This document shows positions 50,135 through 61,112 of a stretch of 64,000 nt of DNA, one piece after another. The first letter of the stretch is position 1; every line of letters begins with the position of its first letter. This DNA comes from an uncultured virus (IMG/VR IMGVR_UViG_2875882051_000003) (taxonomy: Duplodnaviria; Heunggongvirae; Uroviricota; Caudoviricetes), in the IMG/VR virus record IMGVR_UViG_2875882051_000003; one strand, given 5' to 3'. A program made the position numbers and the translations under genes. The notes under the pieces were generated by a model. That model was not told where the DNA came from, did no database searches, and worked only from the letters and a program-made list of their open reading frames with translations.

Positions 50135-50839
50135 TTGAATGGAGCTGAGATATTGGACGTATATTTAAAAGATGAATCAAAGAGTTATACTCTGCAGTTT
50201 CCTGTTAATCCACTAGATAAGATATCTAATCCTAAAGAGAAAAAATATATAACTGCAGATATTATAAATTTTGGAGAAGTTGATATTTCTCAAAAGGGAA
50301 GCAAAATAAGAGAAATAAGTTTTAATTCATTATTCCCAAAAGAATATGATTCCTATTGTAGATATGTTCCGAATATGCTGCCTATTGATTATGTTAATAC
50401 AATTCAGTTTTGGATAGATGCAGATATACCAGTTAGGCTTATAATAACGGATTTAAATATAAATGAATTAGTTAATATAAGTAAGTTTGAAACAGAAGTA
50501 CGAGGCGGAGAAGTAGATGATATTTACTTTAGTATTACTTTTAGGACTTATAGGGAATTGAAAATTGAAACAGTAAACAATTCTTCGAGTTCTTATTCAG
50601 GTGGGCTTCAGGATAATAGGGCAGATAATAATTCAAATCAATATATAGATGGCGATGTGGTTAAAGTAACTGCAAGTGCATTGAATGTAAGAGATGGACC
50701 AGGAACTGATAACAATGTTTTAGGCGTAGTTTATAATGGTGAACAATTAACGATATTCAGGCAGTATGGTAATTGGGCCGACACATATTTTGGTGATCAT
50801 GGAGGTTATGTATGCTTAGACTATGTAATAAAGGTGTGA
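50135..50839 (+). CDS. XkdP-like tail initiator with C-terminal SH3b domain
   Basis: FPVNP N-terminus; ALNVRDGPGT..W..GYV. Confidence 0.75.
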   Translation: MNGAEILDVYLKDESKSYTLQFPVNPLDKISNPKEKKYITADIINFGEVDISQKGSKIREISFNSLFPKEYDSYCRYVPNMLPIDYVNTIQFWIDADIPVRLIITDLNINELVNISKFETEVRGGEVDDIYFSITFRTYRELKIETVNNSSSSYSGGLQDNRADNNSNQYIDGDVVKVTASALNVRDGPGTDNNVLGVVYNGEQLTIFRQYGNWADTYFGDHGGYVCLDYVIKV

Positions 50840-50843
50840 TTGT

Positions 50844-51860
50844 ATGGAACTTGTTTTAAAAAATAAATATAAGATACAAATATTAAGCGAGTCTGTAACA
50901 CTTAAAGAAGCGATAGATGGAATAGCTTATACATTAAATATATCTCTCATAGAAACTCAAGAATTAGAAAGTATAGGTATTAATAAAGGGGATTCTATAG
51001 AGCTTTTTGATAATGAGTTTGGTAGTGGATCTTATACTCAAGTTTTTAACGGAATTATATGGGAGATAAATAAAAATAAAAAATCTAAGAAAATCACAAT
51101 AACAGGAAAAGAAAGAACGGTTGTTATTGAAGAGTCTGAGGATGAATACTTGTGGAGTGATGGACAGACAGCGTCACAAAGGACTAAGATAATTTGTGAT
51201 GATTGGGGAATACCTATAGGTAATCTTATAGAAACTGGAACTGGGTTAGCTAAAGATAAAAGAAAAGAGTCTTTATATGGAATGATAAAGAAAGACTTAA
51301 AAGAGACTGCTCAAAAAGGTGGAGATCTTTATAAACTAAGAATGAATACAAGTTTAGATATAATTAAGCTTGGATCAAATGAAACTATTTATAAATTAGA
51401 TAATATCATTGAAGAGTTAGAAGAAAAAGACAGCTTAGATGGTGCAGTAACTCAAGTTAAGGTACTTGGAAAAGAAGATACAAAGAAAAGAGGTAGAAAA
51501 AGTAAGTCTGATAGTTCTGGGAGTTCAGATGAGAAGGAGCTTGTATTGTCTCCGATTATAGGCGTATTTAAAAAAGATACCGAAACCTATGGAACATTAC
51601 AAAAAATAGTGGATGATGATAAAGTAGACGATTATGCTAAAGCACAAGCTAAAGCTAATTGTCTTTTTTCGTCTGGTGAATCAAGCAAAACAGTTAATTG
51701 TTGTAAAGATATAAATATTCTAAGAAGTGGAGACAAAGTCAGTATTTATGATGAAGAAGTTATTATAACTGATATCACTCATAATTTAGGTTCTGGTGGG
51801 AAAATGACTTTAACTGTTATGAAAATTGATGATGTAAGGAGGAAATTCTATAGTGAGTAA
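50844..51860 (+). CDS. Baseplate hub (XkdQ-like)
   Basis: Position; TQVKVLG and YGTLQKI motifs. Confidence 0.7.
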   Translation: MELVLKNKYKIQILSESVTLKEAIDGIAYTLNISLIETQELESIGINKGDSIELFDNEFGSGSYTQVFNGIIWEINKNKKSKKITITGKERTVVIEESEDEYLWSDGQTASQRTKIICDDWGIPIGNLIETGTGLAKDKRKESLYGMIKKDLKETAQKGGDLYKLRMNTSLDIIKLGSNETIYKLDNIIEELEEKDSLDGAVTQVKVLGKEDTKKRGRKSKSDSSGSSDEKELVLSPIIGVFKKDTETYGTLQKIVDDDKVDDYAKAQAKANCLFSSGESSKTVNCCKDINILRSGDKVSIYDEEVIITDITHNLGSGGKMTLTVMKIDDVRRKFYSE

Positions 51861-52200
51861 TAATGATGGAGATGTATTTAATGAAATTAAAAGATTAATG
51901 GATAGCAATACACATGGAGCTATTAAAGGAGTTATAGAAGGAACTGGACTTACGTTAGGAAGTATAACGGAAACTGGCCTTAAGCTAGACAATTTTAAAC
52001 ATGAATTTACGGATTACATGGTCTTAGATTATTTAAAGATGGAAGACAACTATACAACAGAATTAGCAGGTGATCCAAGTCATTCTCATGAAATTAAAAC
52101 ACCTAGTAATCTTACAAGATTAAATATAGGAGATAAAGTTTTAGTTGCTCAGTTTGGAGCTGATAATGTGGTTATAGGAAGGGTGGTTTCAAATGGCTGA
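51853..52200 (+). CDS. Baseplate spike-like protein (XkdR-like)
   Basis: HSH motif, L..GDKVLV..VVIGRV. Confidence 0.65.
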   Translation: MSNNDGDVFNEIKRLMDSNTHGAIKGVIEGTGLTLGSITETGLKLDNFKHEFTDYMVLDYLKMEDNYTTELAGDPSHSHEIKTPSNLTRLNIGDKVLVAQFGADNVVIGRVVSNG

Positions 52201-52633
52201 TTTATTTCCAAGTGGAAGTTTAGAGTCAACTAATTTAGAGAATAATTCATTAGCTAATGAATTTAAAGGATCATATGCGGTTAATTTTGATACTATGGAA
52301 TTTGTTAAAAATTCTGATGGAACAATAAAAATACTTAATGTCTATGAAACTTATATTCAATGGTGCCAGTTGGCTATGATGACCGCCAGATATAAGTATA
52401 GAGCATATACCAGTAGGTTTGGTAGAGATATTATAGGTAAAATGATAGATCAAAAAGCCATGGAATTAGAAATTAAAAGAGTTACAATAGAGGCACTAAT
52501 GGTTCATCCAATGACTTCAAGTGTAGATAATTTTGTATTTGCATGGGAAAATGGCGAAGTTTATTACACCTATGAAGTCACAGCTACAAGTGGGCAGAGC
52601 ACAGTTATTTCAAATACAGAAAAAGTGGGGTGA
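52193..52633 (+). CDS. DUF2634 baseplate wedge protein (XkdS-like)
   Basis: QW....T.RY...AY...G, EIKR...EAL motifs. Confidence 0.75.
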   Translation: MADLFPSGSLESTNLENNSLANEFKGSYAVNFDTMEFVKNSDGTIKILNVYETYIQWCQLAMMTARYKYRAYTSRFGRDIIGKMIDQKAMELEIKRVTIEALMVHPMTSSVDNFVFAWENGEVYYTYEVTATSGQSTVISNTEKVG

Positions 52634-52640
52634 TTAAATT

Positions 52641-53744
52641 ATGGCGGATTTAATTCTTCCGGATTTTATAACAGAAAGTGCCAATGATATTCATGCTAGG
52701 ATGATTGCAGAAGCTCCAGAGAATATTTCAACTATTGAAGGTGATATGTTTTGGAATTCGACAAAGCCATCAGCTAAAGAGATAGCAAGAGCTAAAAATA
52801 TAGCACTTAAGAAAATTTTATATTCAAGGTTTCCACAAACAGCTAATGATAATGACTTGGATTGTTGTGGTGAAGAATCAGGGGTTAAAAGAAATGATGC
52901 TGATTATGCAATACAAAAGATGTTATTTATCGGTGCAGAGGGAACTACAATAGAAAAAGGTAGAATAGTTTGTACAGAAGCTACAGAGGAAAATTCATCA
53001 ATTGAGTTTAGTATTTTAGATACAGTTACTATAGATTCAAGCGGTGAAGCTACGGTGAATGCAAAATGTACAATAGAGGGCACGATAGGAAATGTAGCTA
53101 TAGGAGAAGTTAAAATATTAGCTAAATCTCTAAATGGAATTTCTAGTGCTTCAAATATAGAAATAATCCAAAATGGCGTTGATAAAGAAGATAACGAAAG
53201 TTATAGACAACGAATATTAGAAAAAGACAGAAAGCCAATTACAAGTGGCAATAAGTACCATTATGAAATGTGGGCTAAAGAAGTTGATGGAGTTGGAGCT
53301 GCTAAATGTATTCCAGCGCCTGGTAATGTAAAAGTAATAATTACAGATGTAAATAAACATGCAGCTACAGCTGAACTTATTAAAAAGGTTTATGATTATA
53401 TAGATTCTGTAAGACCAGTTTTAGCAGGGACATTAACAGTTGTAAGTGCAGTTGAAAAGCCTATTAATGTGACAGCTAATGTGCAGCTAGTAAAAGGATA
53501 TAATCTAGGTACTGCTCAGAAAGAATTTAGTGATTCCATTGATAAGTATTTAAAAGAAATTCATTTTGATTCTACCAATACTACGAGCAACTATGTAAGT
53601 ATAGCAAAGGCAGGGAATTTGCTTTTTAGCGTAACTGGTGTAATAGATCATGCTGATTTAAAAATTAATGGATTAACATCTAATATAAGTCTTGCAGATG
53701 AAGAAATTGCGGTTCTTGGTACTGTAAATTTAGGAGTGATGTAG
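52641..53744 (+). CDS. Baseplate J protein (XkdT-like)
   Basis: G.D.E..ESYR.R, SGN..HY..WA.EV.GVG motifs. Confidence 0.88.
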   Translation: MADLILPDFITESANDIHARMIAEAPENISTIEGDMFWNSTKPSAKEIARAKNIALKKILYSRFPQTANDNDLDCCGEESGVKRNDADYAIQKMLFIGAEGTTIEKGRIVCTEATEENSSIEFSILDTVTIDSSGEATVNAKCTIEGTIGNVAIGEVKILAKSLNGISSASNIEIIQNGVDKEDNESYRQRILEKDRKPITSGNKYHYEMWAKEVDGVGAAKCIPAPGNVKVIITDVNKHAATAELIKKVYDYIDSVRPVLAGTLTVVSAVEKPINVTANVQLVKGYNLGTAQKEFSDSIDKYLKEIHFDSTNTTSNYVSIAKAGNLLFSVTGVIDHADLKINGLTSNISLADEEIAVLGTVNLGVM

Positions 53745-55892
53745 TTGGATGTAAGCAAATTTAATGAAAAGCTTAATAGAGTAGATGGTCATACTTATGT
53801 TATAGAAGAAACTGTTTATCCTGTAAATGGAATATACGAAAAAGAGCTTATACATGATAATGTAAATATCACAACTCTTAATGTGTATACTGGAAGTAGA
53901 TTGACAGGAGATAAAATTGATTCTTACTCAACTTCAACGCCAAGTATGACTCCGTGGAAAACTATAATAAGGATATTTAGCAGCATATCACCTTTATATA
54001 TAAGTTATGAGACTACAGGAGATCAGATTGAAGCTGAAGATATAAACAATCTTCAAGATGCAGTTGTTGAAACTCAAAAAAGTCTTAATAGCGAAATTGA
54101 TAGAGCTATAGGTGCCGAAAAAGCACTAACTGACAATTTAAATACAGAAATATCAAGGGCAAAGAGTTCAGAAAATATGTTAACAAATAACTTGAATTCT
54201 GAGATTACTAGAGCAAAAGGTGCAGAAAGTACATTAACTAATAATTTGATTAATGAAGTTAATAGAGCGACAGCAGCGGAAAACAATTTAAATAATAGTA
54301 TTAATTCAGAAGTAAATAGGGCTAAATCAGCTGAAAGTACTTTGGCAGTTAATCTTAACTCTGAAGTAACAAGAGCTACTAATGCAGAGATCAACCTAAC
54401 CAATAATCTTAATTCTGAAATTACTCGTGCTAAAGCTGCAGAAAATACATTAACAAATACAATTAACACAAATAAGCCTAATTGGGATGACAAGTATACA
54501 AAAAATGAAGTTGATAATAAAATAAGCCAGGTTGTTAGTAATATGGACTGGAAAGAGTCTGTAGGGACTTATGTTGATATAGCAACAACTTATCCAACAC
54601 CTAATGATGGATGGACAGTTAATGTTAAAGATACAGATATCACTTATAGGTATAGTGGAAGTGCATGGATTCCTATTAGTGCTAACGCTATTCCTTTAGC
54701 TTCATCTAGCGTTGATGGTAAGATGTCAAAGCAAGATAAGATAGACCATGATGATATGAATAGTAAAAAACATACACATTCTAATAAAGGGATTATAGAT
54801 ATTATTACTCAAGCTTTAATTGATAACTGGAATGCTGCTTATACCCATATTTCAGATACAGTAAAACATATTACAGCAACAGAAAGGACATTGTGGAATT
54901 CAGTAAGTAATAAATCAGATGTAGGACATACTCATGTAGCTGTAAATATTACTGATTTAATATCTACAATAAGATCATGTGCACTAACTGGTTTATCTAC
55001 TACTACAAATTCAATAATTAGCGCGTCTGATACTATACTTGGAGCATTAGGGAAATTACAGTCCCAAATTACAGCAAATTTAAGTACTCTAACCAATCAT
55101 ACTAGTAATACAAATAATCCTCATTCGACTACTGCAAGCCAAATAGGATTAGGGAATGTTACAAATGATTCTCAGGTAAAAAGAAGTGAAATGGGCGCTG
55201 TTAATGGAGTGGCCACACTTGATAGTTCTGGTGTCAATAGTCAAGCTCCAAAATCTCATACTCATGATGATAGATATTATACAGAATCAGAAGCAAATGC
55301 AAAGTTTGCAACAATAGCACAAATAACACAGGCAGGATATGGCGATATGATGAAGAATGTATATGATTCTGATAATGATGGAGTTATAGATATTTCTAAG
55401 GCGATACAGAAATATATGACACCTAATAGTTCATCAAGTTATACAGGGCAATATAGTAAAATTGCTTCAATAACAATTACATCTCAATATAAAGATGCTA
55501 ATGCTATTATAGATATAACTAGCACTGGAAGTGGAAATAGCATTCAAACGAAAGGAACTCTTTATTTTAGAGTCAAGCAACAAAATGCATTGGGATCTCT
55601 TCCATATATTGATTTAAAAATAGTTAATTCTGAGGTTATAGGAAATGGTAATTTCGTTGCTGTTATAACTATCAATACATCAACTGTTACAACAGTAGAA
55701 CTTTATTATAAAGCTGTTCAATCTTATGATGCACTTGTATTTGTTCCAATATATAATAATGATTTTATTTTCTATAATAATCAAGCGTTTATATCATCTT
55801 TGCCTAGTGGAAATCAGATTGCATGTCTGAACTTAGTGTCAAATGGGACATTGAAACCAGGTTTAACATGGAATGATTTAGAGGGGGTATAG
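53745..55892 (+). CDS. Tail fibre protein with coiled-coil repeats
   Basis: Seven 18-aa repeats; HTH/HSH motifs; NPH.T...QIGLGNV. Confidence 0.75.
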   Translation: MDVSKFNEKLNRVDGHTYVIEETVYPVNGIYEKELIHDNVNITTLNVYTGSRLTGDKIDSYSTSTPSMTPWKTIIRIFSSISPLYISYETTGDQIEAEDINNLQDAVVETQKSLNSEIDRAIGAEKALTDNLNTEISRAKSSENMLTNNLNSEITRAKGAESTLTNNLINEVNRATAAENNLNNSINSEVNRAKSAESTLAVNLNSEVTRATNAEINLTNNLNSEITRAKAAENTLTNTINTNKPNWDDKYTKNEVDNKISQVVSNMDWKESVGTYVDIATTYPTPNDGWTVNVKDTDITYRYSGSAWIPISANAIPLASSSVDGKMSKQDKIDHDDMNSKKHTHSNKGIIDIITQALIDNWNAAYTHISDTVKHITATERTLWNSVSNKSDVGHTHVAVNITDLISTIRSCALTGLSTTTNSIISASDTILGALGKLQSQITANLSTLTNHTSNTNNPHSTTASQIGLGNVTNDSQVKRSEMGAVNGVATLDSSGVNSQAPKSHTHDDRYYTESEANAKFATIAQITQAGYGDMMKNVYDSDNDGVIDISKAIQKYMTPNSSSSYTGQYSKIASITITSQYKDANAIIDITSTGSGNSIQTKGTLYFRVKQQNALGSLPYIDLKIVNSEVIGNGNFVAVITINTSTVTTVELYYKAVQSYDALVFVPIYNNDFIFYNNQAFISSLPSGNQIACLNLVSNGTLKPGLTWNDLEGV
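54078..54455 (+). repeat. Seven 54-bp coding repeats (consensus NNLNSEITRAKxAExxLT)
   Basis: Seen in the translation. Confidence 0.85.
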
Positions 55893-55893
55893 C

Positions 55894-56508
55894 ATGTATG
55901 GGTCAAATCAATATGGTGTAGTAAAGTATGCAGAGAACATACCGACACCAGAAGATATAAGCAAATACAAGATTAATTTAACAAAATATGTACCTACTTT
56001 TGTAAGTGAAATTCCAGAAATGAAAGCTTCCTATGATGTGCAAGGCACCGAATTAGGAAGCTTTTTGTATTATGCGGACGACATTAAAAAACAATTACAT
56101 ATAGATACAGCTATATGGGGGTTAATCTTTTGGGAAGAAAGATATGGGATTGAAACTAACTTAGCCTTAAGCTATGAGCAAAGAAGAGAGATTGTAAAAG
56201 CTAAGAAAAAAGGTCAAGGAACTACAACAAAACAGATGATTAAAAACGTAGCTGAAACCTTCTCTGGTGGAGAAGTTGATGTGATTGAAAATACAGCACC
56301 ATATACATTTACTATTCAGTTCATGGGAGTTAAAGGAATTCCACGTAATATGCAGGCATTTATTAATATGCTAGAGGATATTAAACCAGCTCACTTGGGA
56401 TATGTATTTAAGTATACTTATACCAATTGGGACTATTTAGATAGTAAAAAACTATCTTGGAATAATGCTGAAAACAATACTTGGAATCAGCTAGAAATAT
56501 ACGATTAA
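55894..56508 (+). CDS. DUF2313/YmfQ baseplate protein (XkdU-like)
   Basis: TA.WGL..WE, RR..V.AK..G.GT.T, IKPAHL motifs. Confidence 0.85.
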   Translation: MYGSNQYGVVKYAENIPTPEDISKYKINLTKYVPTFVSEIPEMKASYDVQGTELGSFLYYADDIKKQLHIDTAIWGLIFWEERYGIETNLALSYEQRREIVKAKKKGQGTTTKQMIKNVAETFSGGEVDVIENTAPYTFTIQFMGVKGIPRNMQAFINMLEDIKPAHLGYVFKYTYTNWDYLDSKKLSWNNAENNTWNQLEIYD

Positions 56509-56521
56509 GGAGGATGATTAA

Positions 56522-57526
56522 ATGCAATTATCAACTAATTACATGTTAAAAATGCCTGAAGGAACAGACAATGTTAAAAGGCAAGATTTTGTAGATAACT
56601 TTGCAAAAATTGATTCTGTAATGAAAGAACATGATACGCACTTGTCAGATATGGTGTATCAAACAGCAGGCGGATCTGCTACAGCAATAACACTTACAAT
56701 TAAAGGAACGCTAGTAACTGGATATCCAATAACTTTTATAGCAAGTGCAAACAATGGTGGAGCCGCAACTACTATAAATGGTAAAAAATTATATAAACCA
56801 GGAACAACAACATCACCAAACTTAATAGCAGGAAAGGCATATACTGTATGGTATAACTCGATAAGTGACTGTTTTTTTATTAAAGCTAGTGCAGAAGGGG
56901 ATGCAGATGTCTCTAATGTACTAGCAACTAAAAAATTTAGTAATGATAATGATACAGGATTAGTTGGAACAATGCCTAACAATGGGGCAGTAAATCAGTC
57001 TTTGCCTATAAACGGTTCTTATACAATTCCAAAAGGATTCCATGATGGAACTGGAAAAGTAACTCAAAGTATTCCAACAAAAGCTGGAATAACAATAAAT
57101 CCTAGTACGTCACAGCAAGTAATAGCAGCAGGTCAATACTTGTCTGGTGATCAAACAATAGCAGCTATAACTGGAACAGCAACAGATGCAGATGTAGTAG
57201 CAGGTAAAACATATAATTCAGCAGCGGGTATATTACGTACTGGAAGTGCAACAATAGCAAGTTTAGGTGGAAGACAATTTAAAAGTGGTTCATTTGTTGG
57301 AAATCTTGGTGCAGTTACGGTAAACTTACCATTCAAACCTAGCATAGTGTATATGTATTGGAATTATTACGGCACTTTAATAAAGAGCGTTCTTTTTAGC
57401 GTTATTGATCCAAATACGTTCTATAACTTGAGTGGAACTGCTACTGAAGCAGGTAGTGTTGGAAATAACTTTTTCACAAGAAACGGGACGGGCGATGCTA
57501 CTTGGTATTGGTATGCTTGGGAATAA
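56522..57526 (+). CDS. Tail fibre / receptor-binding protein
   Basis: NF.KID N-terminus; GTMPNNG, IP.G.H.G.G, LPFKPS motifs. Confidence 0.75.
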   Translation: MQLSTNYMLKMPEGTDNVKRQDFVDNFAKIDSVMKEHDTHLSDMVYQTAGGSATAITLTIKGTLVTGYPITFIASANNGGAATTINGKKLYKPGTTTSPNLIAGKAYTVWYNSISDCFFIKASAEGDADVSNVLATKKFSNDNDTGLVGTMPNNGAVNQSLPINGSYTIPKGFHDGTGKVTQSIPTKAGITINPSTSQQVIAAGQYLSGDQTIAAITGTATDADVVAGKTYNSAAGILRTGSATIASLGGRQFKSGSFVGNLGAVTVNLPFKPSIVYMYWNYYGTLIKSVLFSVIDPNTFYNLSGTATEAGSVGNNFFTRNGTGDATWYWYAWE

Positions 57527-57555
57527 ATTTAATTAAAAATAGGGAGTGAACAATT

Positions 57556-57834
57556 ATGAAAACATTAGTAATATATGACAATGTAGGTTATATATATTTA
57601 CAATTAACATCAGATGACAATAGAATACCGCAAGGAGGAATTAATTATTTAGAAGTAGAAGTTCCAGGGGGGAAAATTATAAAAAGCATTGATATTTCCG
57701 TTACACCAAACGAACCAATATATGAAGATATGCCTAAATCAGAATTAGAACTTTTAAAAGAACAGGTGGATAATCTAACAGAAGCAAATGCAGAATTGAC
57801 AAGTATAGTAGCAATGGAAAAAAACAATGCTTAG
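57556..57834 (+). CDS. Tail fibre accessory protein
   Basis: KTLVIYD..G N-terminus and coiled C-terminus; position. Confidence 0.6.
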   Translation: MKTLVIYDNVGYIYLQLTSDDNRIPQGGINYLEVEVPGGKIIKSIDISVTPNEPIYEDMPKSELELLKEQVDNLTEANAELTSIVAMEKNNA

Positions 57835-57868
57835 GATAATAAATTTAAATTTAAGGAGAGTGTTTAGA

Positions 57869-58027
57869 ATGCAATTTAACAAGAACAGTGGATGTGTAAA
57901 AGTATGGATAACATTAATAGTAGGAGGTACTTACGAATATAAGGATGTTCCTAATCTCTTGAATCTACAAGAACAGGTAAAATTAGTCCTTGTAGATATG
58001 GGTGCTATGGAAGATATAACTATATAA
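57869..58027 (+). CDS. Small phage protein (XkdX-like position)
   Basis: RBS AAGGAG; VW..LI..G.Y...DVP motif. Confidence 0.55.
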   Translation: MQFNKNSGCVKVWITLIVGGTYEYKDVPNLLNLQEQVKLVLVDMGAMEDITI

Positions 58028-58378
58028 GATACCGCATCATAGGAAAAAATGACGCATCAAAACAAATAAAAAAGCAATAATTAAGGCCTTTAGGTGGTCT
58101 TTTTTATTGCTTTAAATTACCACTTATACCACTCAAAAAGATAATAATTTAGTAGGTCATGAGAAAAACTAAAAATATTCAGTAAGTAATATCCTCAACC
58201 TTTTTAGATATAAGATACCTCGACAGAGATTTAGTTTATATAAACCATATTAAAATAAATTTTTTAATTAATCATAATTTATTTTAATTCTATAACTGTA
58301 GTATGCCTAAGGTGTAATAAAATATACAGTTATTTATAATTTATTTTTATACAAAATTTGGAGTAAGGAAGTGAAAAA

Positions 58379-58663
58379 ATGGATGCGACAACAATAGGGA
58401 TTATTTGCACTATATCTGGCGCTATAATTGGTTATTTAGGTTATAAAAGGACATTCATAAAAGATGTAAAAGAAGAAAGCAACTCGCAGACAAAATTAGA
58501 AATGCAACTTAATTATATATCTAGAGGTGTTGACGATATAAAACTAGATATGAAAATGCAGGATAAAAAGATTAATGATGTTATTGAAAGAGTTGCAAAA
58601 GTTGAGGAATCAACTAAATCAGCACATCACAGATTAGATAATTTTGAGAAAGAGACAATGTAA
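58379..58663 (+). CDS. Single-TM coiled-coil lysis protein (XhlA/holin-like)
   Basis: N-terminal TM; ERV.KVE.S.KSAH.RLD motif. Confidence 0.7.
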   Translation: MDATTIGIICTISGAIIGYLGYKRTFIKDVKEESNSQTKLEMQLNYISRGVDDIKLDMKMQDKKINDVIERVAKVEESTKSAHHRLDNFEKETM

Positions 58664-58763
58664 AATTAGAATATAAATATAAGTTGCGCGTGTTACCTTT
58701 TATGTTAAAATATAGTATGGTATTAAAAATATTTTATTATATTCTTAAATAAGGGGGAAAATT

Positions 58764-59525
58764 ATGCAAATTTTAAAAAAAGCATTAATAGGAGTCTTCT
58801 GTGTAATTTCAATCTTGATAATGTATCCAATATCTATAGTACATGCTGAGTGGAAACAAGATTCTACAGGTTGGTGGTATACTGAAGGAAATTCATGGGC
58901 TACAGGTTGGAAATATATTAATAATAGTTGGTACTATTTTGGAAAAGATGGGTATATGGCACATGATACCATAATTAATAACTACTATTTGAATAGTGAT
59001 GGAGTTTATTCTAAGGGAGGAGAAGAAGTTGATGCATATTGGAACGCTTTGAATGATAATAGTTGGTTGCAAGAAAATGGAATCATATTTAAAAATGGTA
59101 AAAGTTATATAGAAAAAGCTGTTGTTTTGGATGTAAACCAAGATGGAATACTTGATATGCTTATATGGAATGGTACTTGTAGTGCGGATTATAAAGTATC
59201 AGTATTTACATATAGTAATTCTAAAGAAAAAATTATAAAGTTAAAAGATATAGAAACATTTAGTGGCGGATATTTAGGATATAGTTCTTCAAAAAAAGTC
59301 TTTCTTGTTTCAGGTGGACATATGGATAATTATTTCACCGATGGATACACAATCGAAGATGATAAATGTGTAAATTATTATGAAAGCACAGAACATGTAG
59401 ATTATCTAACTGATAATAATAGAAATGTTATTTCTGAGTCACATAAATATACTTTAAATGGAAAAGAAGTATCAGAAAAAGAATACAATGATAATTGGAT
59501 TCAACTTGGAGAAATAAAAAAGTAA
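58764..59525 (+). CDS. Secreted cell-wall-binding-repeat protein (moron)
   Basis: Signal peptide; WWY..WATGW..I...WYYF..DGYM repeats; terminator-like hairpin at 59556-59577. Confidence 0.75.
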   Translation: MQILKKALIGVFCVISILIMYPISIVHAEWKQDSTGWWYTEGNSWATGWKYINNSWYYFGKDGYMAHDTIINNYYLNSDGVYSKGGEEVDAYWNALNDNSWLQENGIIFKNGKSYIEKAVVLDVNQDGILDMLIWNGTCSADYKVSVFTYSNSKEKIIKLKDIETFSGGYLGYSSSKKVFLVSGGHMDNYFTDGYTIEDDKCVNYYESTEHVDYLTDNNRNVISESHKYTLNGKEVSEKEYNDNWIQLGEIKK

Positions 59526-59674
59526 TATAAATTAAAGAAAAAATAAACAATATTAGAGCTCTTATGGGCTCTTTTTTGGTTTCAAAAAATGAATGAAAGA
59601 GAACAGTAGTTTATGCTGTTATAGGTGTAGCTACTGTTCTTTTTTTTATGATTTTTAGAAGGGAAGAATGTAAA

Positions 59675-60115
59675 ATGATAAGAGCAGCAATAAAGTTAAT
59701 AATTAAGGTATTAGAAAGTAAATTAGTTAAAAGTGGAGTTGAAGAGCAGATTCTAAAGAATAAAAATCATATAACTGTGGGAAAGGCTGTCTGGAATATA
59801 GTAGATGAACATTTTAGAATTTCAAAGACTGTAGAAGAAAAACTTGCAAGTAAAGCAGAGATGTTCGATAAACTGTTATTAACTAAGTTTCCAGAGCTAA
59901 GTCAAGATGATGTAGCAGAAATTAGACAAAGTATTGCTGGGGAGATAAATCAAGGTAAAGCAGCAGTTGTAGATAATTCTGAGTTAATTAAGCAATTACA
60001 GAATGATAACACTAATTTAAAAGCAGAATTAGCAGCATTAACAGAACAATTTAATAAAGTTCAAGCGTTATTAGTAAAACCTGCTGATGTAAGCACACAA
60101 CAAGTAACAGCTTAG
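59675..60115 (+). CDS. Holin-like / lysis-associated protein
   Basis: Directly upstream of endolysin; AEMFD..L..KFP.L motif. Confidence 0.5.
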   Translation: MIRAAIKLIIKVLESKLVKSGVEEQILKNKNHITVGKAVWNIVDEHFRISKTVEEKLASKAEMFDKLLLTKFPELSQDDVAEIRQSIAGEINQGKAAVVDNSELIKQLQNDNTNLKAELAALTEQFNKVQALLVKPADVSTQQVTA

Positions 60116-60174
60116 TATTTAGAGTAGTCTTTATAGATTGCTCTTATTTTTTTATTATAGAAAGGATGATATAA

Positions 60175-60960
60175 ATGAAAGGTATAGATATAAGTAATCA
60201 TAACGGAAATATAAATTTTAACCAAGTAAAAACAGAAGGAGTAGAAGCCGTTTATATTAAAGCTACAGAAGGAACAACATATAAAGATAGTTATTTAGAT
60301 ACTAATTATTCAAATGCACATTACGCAGGTTTAAGAACAGGATTCTATCATTTCTTAGTTGGAACTAGTGCTCCAGAAACTCAAGCAAATAGTTTTTATA
60401 ATGCTATTAAGGATAAAGCTAATGATCTAATTCCTATGCTAGATGTAGAAACTAATTTTGATGGTCTAATGGACTATATATTAAGATTCATTGCTAAATT
60501 CAAAGAGTTGTCTAATATGCAAATAGGTATTTATACTTACACTAGTTTTATGGATAATTTAGATAATAGAATTGCGGATTATCCATTATGGGAAGCAAAT
60601 TATAACAATACACCATGGAAATTAAATTCTAATTTCTTTACTAATAGAGTTGGTCACCAATATAGTGAAACAGGATCAGTACCTGGTATAAATACTGATT
60701 GCGATATGAATGAATTTAATGAAGGAATATTAAATAAAACTACTGGATATGTTGTTACAAGCTATCTACCTAATGGTTACCAAGGAAATAATGAATTTGA
60801 AGGTGTTGATTCTGATTATGTACTCCAATATTTTAAAGGTGTTAGATGTTATTTTAGGGGAAACCAAGAGGGGGTGTGGATTGAAACACAGAATATATCC
60901 ATGAGCAAATGCCTAGAATTAAAAGAAACTTTGGGAAGTTGGTTTTATGATATAAAGTAG
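60175..60960 (+). CDS. GH25 endolysin
   Basis: KGIDIS.HNG, IKATEG, GFYHF, LDVE, LWEANY motifs. Confidence 0.92.
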   Translation: MKGIDISNHNGNINFNQVKTEGVEAVYIKATEGTTYKDSYLDTNYSNAHYAGLRTGFYHFLVGTSAPETQANSFYNAIKDKANDLIPMLDVETNFDGLMDYILRFIAKFKELSNMQIGIYTYTSFMDNLDNRIADYPLWEANYNNTPWKLNSNFFTNRVGHQYSETGSVPGINTDCDMNEFNEGILNKTTGYVVTSYLPNGYQGNNEFEGVDSDYVLQYFKGVRCYFRGNQEGVWIETQNISMSKCLELKETLGSWFYDIK

Positions 60961-61112
60961 TTTCTAGGGCATGGGAGTAATCCTGTGCCTTTTATTTTTT
61001 GATAAGAAAATAATTTAAGTAATATTTTATTTTCTGAAACGAGAATAATTTAAAGTTTGCTAGAGAAACTAACGGTAAAATAGTTAGTCTACTCAGGAGG
61101 AAAATTTTAGTT

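Larger units (their letters stand above)
17132..60960. mobile_element. Prophage core with contractile tail; ends not defined, may include the left accessory region
   Basis: Ordered immunity, replication, packaging, head, sheath/baseplate and lysis modules. Confidence 0.92.

Noticed and set aside
56522..58378. Diversity-generating retroelement or invertase shufflon acting on the tail fibre
   Set aside because: No reverse transcriptase, invertase or duplicated template of the fibre 3' end was seen.
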